Assembly: GCF_035318805.1 (NCBI RefSeq)
Contig: NZ_DATHDY010000046.1
Location: forward strand, 14,321-78,320
DNA length: 64,000 nt
Source: Baekduia sp.
Lineage (GTDB): Bacteria; Actinomycetota; Thermoleophilia; Solirubrobacterales; Solirubrobacteraceae
Direction: 5' to 3'
The stretch's first letter is position 1, and every line of letters starts with the position of its first letter. Positions 10,401-18,229 of the stretch are shown one piece after another. Under the pieces are notes generated by a model. The model made no database searches, was not told the origin of the DNA, and worked only from the letters and a program-made list of their open reading frames with translations. The translations under genes were made by a program, and so were the position numbers.

Positions 10401-11380
10401 CGCAGGAGCAGCAGCGTCGGCGTGTCGGCCCACTGCACGTCGTCGAGGAACAGGACGACCGGGCGCTGGGACTGCTCGGCGTTCAGCAGGCCGGCGACCG
10501 CGCTGAAGAGCAGGTAGCGCTCGGTGTCGCCGTCGGCGACCTGGGGCGGCGGCGCGCCCGGCAGGCGGCGGTCGAACGCGCCGACGAGGCGGCCGAGCTC
10601 GCCGCCGTGCTCGGAGACGTGGCGCTCCAGGACCGCGTCGGCCGCGTGCTCGACGAGGTGCGAGAGCGCCTCGACGAACGGCTGGTAGGGCATGCGGAGG
10701 TCCTCGTCGCACCGGCCCTGCAGGACCGTGGCCCCGCGCGCGTGCGCGGCGACGGCCAGCTCGCGCGCCAGGCGCGACTTGCCGATGCCGGGCTCGCCGC
10801 CGAGCAGGACGACCTGGCGCCCGCCGTGGGCGGCGCGCGACAGCAGCGGCTCGAGCTGGGTCAGCTCGCGCGCACGTCCGACGAACACCGCGGGCCGTGC
10901 GACCTCCAGGCGGGCCGGGAGCGGCACGGCCGGCTCGGGAAGCGGGTTCCAGCGGATCTCCGCGGCGGAGTCGGGGCCGCCGAGGCGCCGCGGCTCGCCG
11001 ACGTCGAAGTCGCCGCCGCGCAGGCGCTCCCACAGCCCGACGTCGACCAGGATCTGGCCGGCGCCGGCCAGCGCGCAGAGGCGGTCGTCGCGACCGGGCT
11101 CGACCGCGGCGGCGATCCGCAGCACGCCGGGCAGCGCAGCGGTCCGGTTGTCGGCCTCGATGCGCTGCTGCAGCTCGATCGCGCACGCCGCGGCGTCGCG
11201 CGCCGTGGCGAACTCGACGTGCAGCCCGTCGCGCTCCGCGCGCACCTCGAGGGCGCCGTCCGCCGCCGCCACGACCGTCTGCATGAGCGCCATCTGGCGC
11301 CCGCGCGCCTCCGCACCGCCCGCGAGGGCGGCGGAGAGCTGGATCGTGGTGTGCTGCGCTGGGTGGTCTGGGTCTCCCAT
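7442..11380 (-). CDS. Large STAND/AAA ATPase with TPR-like region, degenerate N-terminal cyclase-like domain and C-terminal regulatory domain
   Basis: FVGRAREL; Walker A GEPGIGKS; Walker B LFLDDVQWAD; GNAFFV; C-terminal AERARVNVTRAI. Confidence 0.85.
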   Translation of the reverse strand: MGDPDHPAQHTTIQLSAALAGGAEARGRQMALMQTVVAAADGALEVRAERDGLHVEFATARDAAACAIELQQRIEADNRTAALPGVLRIAAAVEPGRDDRLCALAGAGQILVDVGLWERLRGGDFDVGEPRRLGGPDSAAEIRWNPLPEPAVPLPARLEVARPAVFVGRARELTQLEPLLSRAAHGGRQVVLLGGEPGIGKSRLARELAVAAHARGATVLQGRCDEDLRMPYQPFVEALSHLVEHAADAVLERHVSEHGGELGRLVGAFDRRLPGAPPPQVADGDTERYLLFSAVAGLLNAEQSQRPVVLFLDDVQWADTPTLLLLRHLAAADLRLRLTIVATFRSTELDDEHPLAKLLADLHREPDVTRLELAGLEAQAVAELARDATGHELDSAGLDAAHTLQRRTSGNAFFVTEILRHHGADLLAAPVPASVRDVLERRLQRLGDSVREPLAAAAVIGQEFDLELIGRMLQDGGGVDDVVAAIDRAADAALVVAPRRPGDRYAFAHGLIVTTLYEGLGPGRRARLHWHAATALEELYGDGADGAPHPRVAELARHWLNAEPADLQAALRYTLLAGAHAVAQLAPDDGVRWYRQGLELHGQLDGAEDITRFELLVGLGDAQRQAGDPEFRGTLLEAAALARRLEDGPRLVRAVLANSRGFVSASGVVDDERLHALEDALTAVGEDDSPDRAVLLATLAAELSFSPADRQRRVALSDEAVGLARRLDDPAALSRVLSLRFVTLWMPDTLGERVANSDENVAAARRTGDPVAEFHAVHWRAAAFVEAARLADAWRDVEHEASLADRLGQPTMRWLATYDRANLEVVAGRLTEAEQHAQEALQIATASAQPDALSFFTSQLTNIRYEQGRLAELQPLIAQVVSDNPGIPAFRAVLALACCEGDLDDEARRLLGHENASKFGELPPDVTWLPGLVIYAEVAAHLQDRASATVLYDLLLPWAGQVVFSGVSAWGTVDHHLGAVAGVIGAYAEAEEHLHRAADLNAALRAPIWIARTELATARLLLQRDGPNDRERGRALLERAAAASQRLGSATLARRAAGLLGYERALNALPAMPVGGGNGRGLGSAADRAPQGDRDAAAPASAAAKAAPSSGGTSATLRLEGEIWTVTGAGAVVRLKDRKGLQYLATLLERPDVEVHAIDLVGGPIDAGARGAAATADRGETVLSDGGDAGELLDGEAKNAYRERVAELREDLDEADRFHDVERAARLREELDFIGAELARAVGLGGRDRKAGSAAERARVNVTRAIRGAVRAIAEHDARLGHHLERSVRTGVFCVYQPGPGGPDSWRLRVER

Positions 11381-11648
11381 GCCCCCGGCTCCGTGACAGG
11401 GCCGTCCGACGCCCGCATCATGACGGAGCCGGGGAACGTGGGAGAGGTGCGGCCTGGAATGTCCGGCGGAGGCGTCCGTCCGTGGTCCGTCGATAAACGC
11501 TCCAGAGCGCGCCATCCCCGCCGCGCTCGCGTGCCGCTTTCTGTCGTCCTTGCCCACCCAGGGCGTGACGTCGCGGCGAACGCCGTTCAGCGGCCCTGAA
11601 CGGCCCTGCGCAACGAGCTGAACGGCACCAGACGCTAGGGTGAGCCCC

Positions 11649-12230
11649 ATGCCCATGGTCCCGATGGTGATCGAGCGCACCGCGCGCGGCGAGCGCGAGT
11701 ACGACATCTACTCGCGTCTCCTGAACGAGCGGATCATCTTCCTCGGCACCGCCGTGGACGATCAGGTGGCGAACCTGATCGTCGCGCAGCTCCTGCATCT
11801 GGAGTCGGCGGACCCCGACAAGGACATCTCGATCTACATCAACTCGCCGGGCGGCTCGATCTACGCCGGGCTGGCGATCTACGACACGATGCAGTTCATC
11901 AAGCCGCAGGTGTCGACGATCTGCGTCGGCATCGCCATGTCGATGGGCTCGCTGCTGCTGATGGGCGGGGCCCACGGCAAGCGCTTCTCGCTGCCCAACA
12001 GCCGGATCCTGATCCACCAGCCGTCGTCGGGCTTCGAGGGGCAGTCGACCGACATCGAGATCCACGCCCGCGAGATCATCAAGACGCGCCACCGCATCGA
12101 CGAGATCTACGCCAAGCACACCGGCCAGCCGCTCGACAAGGTCCACAGCGACATGGAGCGCGACCGCTTCTTCAAGCCCGACGAGGCCGTCGAGTACGGC
12201 CTCATCGACAAGGTGATCTACAAGCACTAG
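11649..12230 (+). CDS. clpP: ATP-dependent Clp protease proteolytic subunit
   Basis: [35 protein letters not shown]; TAGGGT 7 nt upstream of ATG. Confidence 0.97.
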   Translation: MPMVPMVIERTARGEREYDIYSRLLNERIIFLGTAVDDQVANLIVAQLLHLESADPDKDISIYINSPGGSIYAGLAIYDTMQFIKPQVSTICVGIAMSMGSLLLMGGAHGKRFSLPNSRILIHQPSSGFEGQSTDIEIHAREIIKTRHRIDEIYAKHTGQPLDKVHSDMERDRFFKPDEAVEYGLIDKVIYKH

Positions 12231-12235
12231 CGGGG

Positions 12236-12400
12236 CAATCGCCTCGATGTCGAGGCCCAGCTCGGCCAGGCGGCCGGCGCCGCGGTCGGTGATGACGAAG
12301 GCGCCGTCGCCGAGGCGGACGATGCGCTCGGCCATCGGGGCGTCGGCCAGCGCCACGCCGGCCTGCCCGGCGAGGTGGTCGTGCGCGGGCGCCCGCCGGG
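12236..12400 (-). pseudogene. Fragment of an ArsR-family regulator C-terminal region
   Basis: HDHLAGQAGVALADA...FVITDRGAGRLAELGLD resembles the CYDHLAGRLGVAL extension; no HTH and no own stop. Confidence 0.55.
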
Positions 12401-12401
12401 C

Positions 12402-12452
12402 CGTCGAGGGACGAATGAATCTCGTACAGCGAGATTCAGTCGTCCCTCGACG
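12402..12452. repeat. 51-bp palindrome (REP-like), copy 1
   Basis: 23-bp arms with 1 mismatch, TACAG loop. Confidence 0.9.
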
Positions 12453-12586
12453 CTGGTTGGCGCGGGCGTGGGTGGCGTCCCGCTCCGGCGCTCTCCGTTC
12501 CGCGCCCGCGGATCGGTGGCGATGACGAGAACCAGCGCAAGCCGGGGCGCCGGCGGGATCGGTCGTCCGCGCGCGTTCGCGCACCA

Positions 12587-12633
12587 GGGTGGGCCTGTCC
12601 AGCGCGGTCGCACCGCGCCCAACAGGCCCACCC
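12587..12633. repeat. Imperfect palindrome
   Basis: GGGTGGGCCTGT...ACAGGCCCACCC; 22-bp arms with 3 mismatches. Confidence 0.75.
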
Positions 12634-12689
12634 CGACCGCCCGGACGGCGGCGGACGACGCAGAGGCGGCCGCGCCCGCCCGCACCACA

Positions 12690-12740
12690 CGTCGAGGGAC
12701 GAATGAATCTCGTACAGCGAGATTCGTTCGTCCCTCGACG
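12690..12740. repeat. 51-bp palindrome (REP-like), copy 2
   Basis: Same left arm and loop as 12402-12452. Confidence 0.9.
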
Positions 12741-12773
12741 CCCTGGGACGTCCGGGAGGCCCCGCCGCGCCCC

Positions 12774-13754
12774 CTACGCCCCCGCGCAGCTCGCCGGGCG
12801 CTTGTGGGACTTCAGGAGCTTCTCGAACGCCACGGGACGGGCCGTCATGACGCCGTCGACGCACCAGTCGATGAGCTTCGTCCAGGTCGCCGGGGACTCG
12901 CCGTCGTCGCTGAGCCAGGTGTGCCAGGCGTAGCCGTCCTGGTGTGCGTGGGCCACGTTGGCGGCCGTCGTGATGTTCAGGACCGTGCCGTTGAGCTCGT
13001 AGGTGATCGGCAGCTGGAAGGCGACGACGTTCTCGCCCGGCGACTTGCCCCCCAGCAGCCAGTCGGCGGTGCCGCCGATGCCCGGCGCCAGCGGGATCTT
13101 CGGGGCGAGCTGGTGGAAGCGGTTGACCGCCTCCTGCTTGAACGAGACCACGATCAGGTCGCGGCGGGGCGAGCCCTTGAGCAGCTTGGCCAGCACCTCG
13201 GCGTTCTGCTCGTACTCGGCGACCGCCTCGGCCTTCGTCCGGCCCTTGATCTCGATGTTGATCGGGGTCTTCGGGAACGCCTTGAGCACGTCGCGCAGCG
13301 TCGGCACGCGGAAGTCCGCGGCGGTGTAGCCCTTCGGCGCGCGCTTCTTGCCCGTCGCGACGCCGCGGAAGGTGTAGGACTTGGCCGGGCGGTCGTGGCG
13401 GTAGGCGTCGTCGGCGGCGTGGAACCAGTACGCCCCGTCGAGCTTCTCGACCTGCGCGAGCGTGTGCGAGGCGATCGTGCCGCTGCCGTTGGTGGTGCGG
13501 TCCAGCGTCGTGTCGTGCATCACCACGACCTGGTCGTCCTTGGTCACCCCGACGTCGAGCTCGAGCATGTCGGCGCCGGCCTTCAGCGACCGCTCGAAGG
13601 CGTACATCGTGTTCGACGGGAACTCGTCCTCGCCGCCCTGGTGGGCGATGTTCAGCGGCTGCTTCTCCAGCCACGGATTGGTCGCCGCACCGGCGGCGGG
13701 AGCCGCGACGGCGAGCATGAGGAGGGACAGGACCGTGGGGAGTGCGCGTGACAT
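12774..13754 (-). CDS. Secreted glycerophosphodiester phosphodiesterase
   Basis: Signal peptide; IAHQGG..PSNT, LELDV, VMHD, NIEIK. Confidence 0.9.
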   Translation of the reverse strand: MSRALPTVLSLLMLAVAAPAAGAATNPWLEKQPLNIAHQGGEDEFPSNTMYAFERSLKAGADMLELDVGVTKDDQVVVMHDTTLDRTTNGSGTIASHTLAQVEKLDGAYWFHAADDAYRHDRPAKSYTFRGVATGKKRAPKGYTAADFRVPTLRDVLKAFPKTPINIEIKGRTKAEAVAEYEQNAEVLAKLLKGSPRRDLIVVSFKQEAVNRFHQLAPKIPLAPGIGGTADWLLGGKSPGENVVAFQLPITYELNGTVLNITTAANVAHAHQDGYAWHTWLSDDGESPATWTKLIDWCVDGVMTARPVAFEKLLKSHKRPASCAGA

Positions 13755-13809
13755 CGCGCGGCAGTCTGTCACATGGCCTGGCGGCGGCTCGCGGCCGCCC
13801 GGCGGACGC

Positions 13810-14595
13810 TCAGGCCACGCGATGCTCGATGGCGCCCAGCGCCTCGATCTCGATCCGCACGCGGTCGCCGGACTGCAGGAACTGCGGCGGATCCATCGCC
13901 TGGCCGACGCCCGAGGGCGTCCCGGTGAGGATGACGTCGCCGGGCTCCAGCGTGCAGGTCTCCGAGAGGAACGCGACGATCGCCGGCACGCCGAAGATCA
14001 GGTCCGACGTCGAGGAGTCCTGGCGCAGCTCGCCGTTGACCCATGTGCGCAGCGACAGCGCGTGCGGATCCTCGACCTCGTCGGCCGTCGTGATCCACGG
14101 GCCGTACGGGCAGGAGCCGTCGAAGCCCTTGGCGCGCGTCCACTGCGGCTCGCGCTTCTGGAGGTCGCGGGCGGTCACGTCGTCGGCCACCGCGTAGCCG
14201 GCGACCGCGCCGGCGGCGCCCATCACGACGGCCAGCTCGCCCTCGTAGTCCAGCCGCTGCACGACCGCCGGGCAGTGGACGTCGCCGCCGGGCGCCGCCG
14301 CGCTCGAGGGCAGCTTCATGAAGATGATCGGCTGCTCCGGCAGCTCCATGCCGGTCTCCCTGGCGTGCTGGGCGTAGTTGAGCCCGACGCCGAAGATCGC
14401 CCGCGGCCGCGGCACCGGCGCCAGCAGCTCGACGTAGGACAGGCGGTGCTCGGCCCCCGTGGCGGGGGCGCGGTCGCCGGAGGCGAGGCGATCGAGGACC
14501 GTGGAGCCGTCGGCGAACGCGACGACCGCGTCGCCGCGGACCTCGCCGGCCAGCGGCGCGCCGGCGCCGGGGAGCAGGAACGTCGCGAGCTTCAT
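13810..14595 (-). CDS. Fumarylacetoacetate hydrolase family protein
   Basis: VGLNYAQH, LDYEGEL, DVTARDLQ, GDVILTGTPSGVG. Confidence 0.93.
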   Translation of the reverse strand: MKLATFLLPGAGAPLAGEVRGDAVVAFADGSTVLDRLASGDRAPATGAEHRLSYVELLAPVPRPRAIFGVGLNYAQHARETGMELPEQPIIFMKLPSSAAAPGGDVHCPAVVQRLDYEGELAVVMGAAGAVAGYAVADDVTARDLQKREPQWTRAKGFDGSCPYGPWITTADEVEDPHALSLRTWVNGELRQDSSTSDLIFGVPAIVAFLSETCTLEPGDVILTGTPSGVGQAMDPPQFLQSGDRVRIEIEALGAIEHRVA

Positions 14596-14781
14596 GAGGC
14601 GCCCGAGCCTAGCGCGCGACCGCTACGGCGCGCCACGGGCAGCGGGGGCGGAGCCGGCAGCTCGGACAGCTCCGGCGCGGGCGTCACGCCGGTTTGCGGA
14701 CGATCGGGCGAGAGCGCTCAGTCGCGTCCTCGGCGACCGTCGCGGCGCGGCGCGGCGGCAAGGGCCGCGCCAGCAGGCGTG

Positions 14782-15012
14782 CTACGGCGTGCGCGCGGCG
14801 CGGCGCTGCCGGCGACGCTGAGCCGCGGCGGCGCGGCGACGATCGGCCGGGCTGGCCGTCTGCTCGGTCTCCTCGCGATGCTTGGCCCACTTGGCGCGCT
14901 CTGCGTCGGTCATCGTGCGGATCGTCAGATCTCCGGACGTGACCTGATCCTGGATGCGCTCGAGCTTCGCCTCTCGTGCTGCCTGATCTCGCTCTCGCTG
15001 CGTCTTCGCCAT
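14782..15012 (-). CDS. Small basic hypothetical protein
   Basis: MAKTQRERDQAAREAKLERIQDQVTSGDLTIR; plausible codon usage. Confidence 0.65.
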   Translation of the reverse strand: MAKTQRERDQAAREAKLERIQDQVTSGDLTIRTMTDAERAKWAKHREETEQTASPADRRRAAAAQRRRQRRAARTP

Positions 15013-15112
15013 ACCTACAGGATACCCCGCCGCGGACACCACTACCGCAAGTGGTCCTTCTCGTGCGTTCTGACCTCAAGATCCAGGTGCGTCGGTCGAC
15101 CCCGGTGAGAAG

Positions 15113-15760
15113 ATGATCGGGCTGCGCAGGGGTCGGCAGGAGCGCGTCCACGTGCTCGTCCCCCGGCTCGTCACCGTCGAGGCCGCGGTGGCCCGCGTGG
15201 TCACCGGCGCGGCAGAGCTGGCGCTGCTGCAGCCGCCCGCGATGCCGCTGCGCTTCCTGCACCGGCGCAGGGCCACGATCGTCCCGCTCGCGGGCGACGG
15301 GCGCGTCGACGGCACGCTGCTGGCCGTGCCGGGCCCCGACGGCAAGGTCCGCGACGACGTCCTGCACTTCCTGCAGGCCGTGGTCCCGCTGGCGCCGCCG
15401 CGGCCCGAGCAGCGCCGCGACCACGCGCGCATCGACCTCGTGCGGCCGGCGGCGATCATCCCCGAGGGCTTCCAGGTCGGCTGGCTCAACGGCTTCGTGC
15501 GCAACGTCAGCGCCGGCGGCGTGCTCGTCGCCGGTGCCGAGGCCCTGGAGTCGGGCGACCGGCTGCGGCTGCGCTTCGAGCTCGACGACGAGGAGGACCT
15601 GATCGACCTCATCGCCCGCGTCGTGCGCACCGACGACGACGTCGGTCTGCGCGGCCTGCGCCTCGAGAACCTCAGCGAGCGCGAGCGCGAGCGGATCGTC
15701 CGCTTCGTCTTCGCGCGTCAGCGGCGCGCGCTCGCCGAGTTGCGAGCACGCGCCGTCTGA
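15113..15760 (+). CDS. PilZ-domain c-di-GMP receptor (YcgR-like)
   Basis: QRRDHAR (RxxxR) and NVSAGG (D/NxSxxG) motifs. Confidence 0.85.
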   Translation: MIGLRRGRQERVHVLVPRLVTVEAAVARVVTGAAELALLQPPAMPLRFLHRRRATIVPLAGDGRVDGTLLAVPGPDGKVRDDVLHFLQAVVPLAPPRPEQRRDHARIDLVRPAAIIPEGFQVGWLNGFVRNVSAGGVLVAGAEALESGDRLRLRFELDDEEDLIDLIARVVRTDDDVGLRGLRLENLSERERERIVRFVFARQRRALAELRARAV

Positions 15761-15778
15761 CGGCCTCCGCGGTCCCCG

Positions 15779-16138
15779 TCAGCCCGTCGTGTCGCGCTCG
15801 CGGATGCTCGTGTCGTCGTTGGTCGCGGATTCGCGACCGCGGACGAAGCGCTCGTGCTCGGCGGCCAGGTCGTCGTCGGCCAGGCCCTCCTCGTGCAGCG
15901 AGGCACGCGATTCGTGCAGCTCGGCCTCGGCGCGCTCGGCGCGGGCCTCGCGCTCGGCGCGGTCAGCGTCGGCGAGGCGCTCCTGGGCGACCTCGTGGTG
16001 CGCGCCGGCGACCTCTTCACGGCGACGGATGACCTGGCGCTCCCGCTGGCGCGCACGCGAGCGCGGCAGGACGAAGACGACCAGGGCGATGACGATGAGC
16101 GCGATCACGACGATCGCGATGATGGCTCCGGTGCTCAT
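15779..16138 (-). CDS. Small membrane-anchored coiled-coil protein
   Basis: MSTGAIIAIVVIALIVIAL followed by a charged helix. Confidence 0.75.
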   Translation of the reverse strand: MSTGAIIAIVVIALIVIALVVFVLPRSRARQRERQVIRRREEVAGAHHEVAQERLADADRAEREARAERAEAELHESRASLHEEGLADDDLAAEHERFVRGRESATNDDTSIRERDTTG

Positions 16139-16198
16139 GGGGGCTCTCCTCCCGATGGGACGTTGGTCCCATCCGTGTACCCGTACCCTGGGTGGCTG

Positions 16199-17485
16199 AT
16201 GTCCTTTCTGTTGTCCAGCCTCATCCTCGCCCGCGGCGGCAGTGGCAGCGGCGGCTTCGGCGGCGGCGGAGGTGGCGGCGGTGGGCGCTCCTTCGGCGGC
16301 GGCGGTGGCGGCGGCTTCGTGGCCGGCGGCGGGGGCGGCGGGATCTCCGTCGTCTTCATCGGGCTGATCGTGGTCGTCGTCCTGCTCTTCCTCATGGCCG
16401 GCGCGATCGCGTCGATCAAGTACCGCGGTCGCCGCGCCCAGCGCGTGCGCGCCACGGAGCTGGCGGCCGCCGAGGCCGCGACCGACGACGAGGACTTCGA
16501 GCCCGACAACGTCCGGGCCGCGGCGACCGAGCTCTACCACGAGATCCAGCGCCGCTGGTCGGCCAACGACGTGGAGGGGCTCGAGGAGATCGTCGGCCCC
16601 GACCTCATGGTCGAATGGCGCCGGCGCCTGGAGGACTTCCGGCGCCGCGGCTGGCACAACCGCTGCGAGCCCACGGGCGACCCGGCCATCGAGTACGTCG
16701 GCCTGGTCAACCGCGAGGGCGAGGACGAGGACCGCGTCGTGGTGCGGATCACCGCGACGATGCTCGACTACGTCGTCGACGCCCACGGCCGCACGATCAT
16801 GCGCCAGGGCCAGACCGACCCGTCGACCACGATGCAGGAGTGGTGGACGCTGCACCCGCCCGGCGAGCGCTGGCGGCTGCTGTCGATCGAGTCCGAGGCC
16901 GAGGGCCGCCACCACCTGCTCGACGAGCTGATCGCCGTGCCCTGGGGCGACGACCGCGTCCGCGACGAGGCGCTCGTGGAGACGGCCGTCGCCGGCGCGC
17001 TGCCGGGCGGCGTCGCCGTCGCGGAGATCGCGCCGGCGATCCTCGACGCCGACGCGCGCGCCGCCGCGCTGGACCTCGCGCTGGCCGACGGCCGCTTCGC
17101 TCCCGACGTCCTGGAGGTCGCGGTGCGCCGCGCCGTGGGGGCGTGGGTCGAGGCCGTCGACGGCGCCGACGACGCGCTGGAGGCGCTGGCCGACCGCGAC
17201 GCCATCAGGGCGCTGCTGTACGGCGGCGACGGCTCGGGCCGCACGCGCGTGGTCGTGCGCGGGGCGCGGGTCCAGCAGCTGGCGATCTCCGGCATCGACG
17301 CGCACGCCGAGCCCGCGACGATGGAGGCGACCGTGACGCTCCGCGGCCGGCGCTACGTCGAGGACCGCGACACCGCCGACGTGCTCGGCGGCAGCAAGAG
17401 CAGCGACCGCGAGACGGTGCAGCGCTGGACGTTCGCCCTCGGCGACGACCCCGCCACGCCGTGGCGGCTCGCCCGCGTGGCGTAG
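16199..17485 (+). CDS. Tim44-like domain membrane protein
   Basis: ARGG Gly-rich N-terminus, TM helix, FEPDNVRAAATELYHEIQRRW, QEWWTL. Confidence 0.75.
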   Translation: MSFLLSSLILARGGSGSGGFGGGGGGGGGRSFGGGGGGGFVAGGGGGGISVVFIGLIVVVVLLFLMAGAIASIKYRGRRAQRVRATELAAAEAATDDEDFEPDNVRAAATELYHEIQRRWSANDVEGLEEIVGPDLMVEWRRRLEDFRRRGWHNRCEPTGDPAIEYVGLVNREGEDEDRVVVRITATMLDYVVDAHGRTIMRQGQTDPSTTMQEWWTLHPPGERWRLLSIESEAEGRHHLLDELIAVPWGDDRVRDEALVETAVAGALPGGVAVAEIAPAILDADARAAALDLALADGRFAPDVLEVAVRRAVGAWVEAVDGADDALEALADRDAIRALLYGGDGSGRTRVVVRGARVQQLAISGIDAHAEPATMEATVTLRGRRYVEDRDTADVLGGSKSSDRETVQRWTFALGDDPATPWRLARVA

Positions 17486-17496
17486 GGACCTCGGGC

Positions 17497-18150
17497 TCAG
17501 CCGTCGGCGGCGGCCGTCGCCGCCGCCGCCGTGAGCGCTTGGACGACCTCCGTGCTGCCCGACGCCATCAGCGCGCCGAAGAGCGTGCCGAGCAGGAGGC
17601 CGCGCAGCTCGTCGCGGGAGAGGTCGCGGTGCGCGATCCAGTCCAGGCACGCGCCGTCCATGAACCACAGCCAGCCGCGGACGGCCGTCCGCGCGCCGGG
17701 CGGCACGGCCACGCCCTCGCCGGCGATGCCGCCGAGGATCCGGGTCGCCGTGCTGGAGCGGACCTCCTCGACCATCGCCCGGACCTCCGGGACCTCGCCG
17801 ACGGTGATCAGCAGCTTCTCGTAGCCCTCGCGGTGCTCCTCGATCCAGCCGAGGTAGACGTCGAGGCTGCGCTCCAGCTGTTGGGCCGGCGGGAGCGTCG
17901 CGTCGGGCTCGGTGCGGGCGCGCAGCTCCTCGGCGGCGGCCTGCAGCGTGGCCTGGAAGTAGGCCTGCTTGGACGGGAAGTAGTGGTACAACAACGCCTT
18001 GGAGATGCCGGCCTCGCGGGCGATCCGCGCCATCGACAGCTCCGAGTAGGCCGAGCTGGTGAAGAGCTTCTCGCCGAGGGCGATCAGCTGCGCGCGCCGC
18101 TCGTCGACGTCGAGGCGGCGGTAGGCGGGTCCGCGGGCGTCGGTCACCAC
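17497..18150 (-). CDS. TetR/AcrR regulator
   Basis: SMARIAREAGISKALLYHYFPSK. Confidence 0.93.
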   Translation of the reverse strand: MVTDARGPAYRRLDVDERRAQLIALGEKLFTSSAYSELSMARIAREAGISKALLYHYFPSKQAYFQATLQAAAEELRARTEPDATLPPAQQLERSLDVYLGWIEEHREGYEKLLITVGEVPEVRAMVEEVRSSTATRILGGIAGEGVAVPPGARTAVRGWLWFMDGACLDWIAHRDLSRDELRGLLLGTLFGALMASGSTEVVQALTAAAATAAADG

Positions 18151-18168
18151 TCCATCTTACCGCTCCTC

Positions 18169-18219
18169 TTGACCGCCGGTCGATAAGTCGTTACCGTCCT
18201 GTTGACCAGTGGTCGACAA
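18169..18219. promoter_or_regulatory. Two imperfect palindromic operator-like sites
   Basis: TTGACCGCCGGTCGATAA and TTGACCAGTGGTCGACAA between the divergent TetR and DUF2339-like genes. Confidence 0.65.
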
Positions 18220-18229
18220 GGAGCGAGAG

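Noticed and set aside
11565-11581. ClgR-like box upstream of clpP (GTGACGTCGCGGCGAAC)
   Set aside because: Spacing appears off from the consensus as I recall it; too weak in GC-rich DNA
12402-12740. Possible CRISPR array
   Set aside because: Only two 51-bp units separated by 237 bp; no regular spacers and no cas genes
16234-16342. GGC-rich low-complexity repeat
   Set aside because: Encodes the Gly-rich linker of the Tim44-like protein
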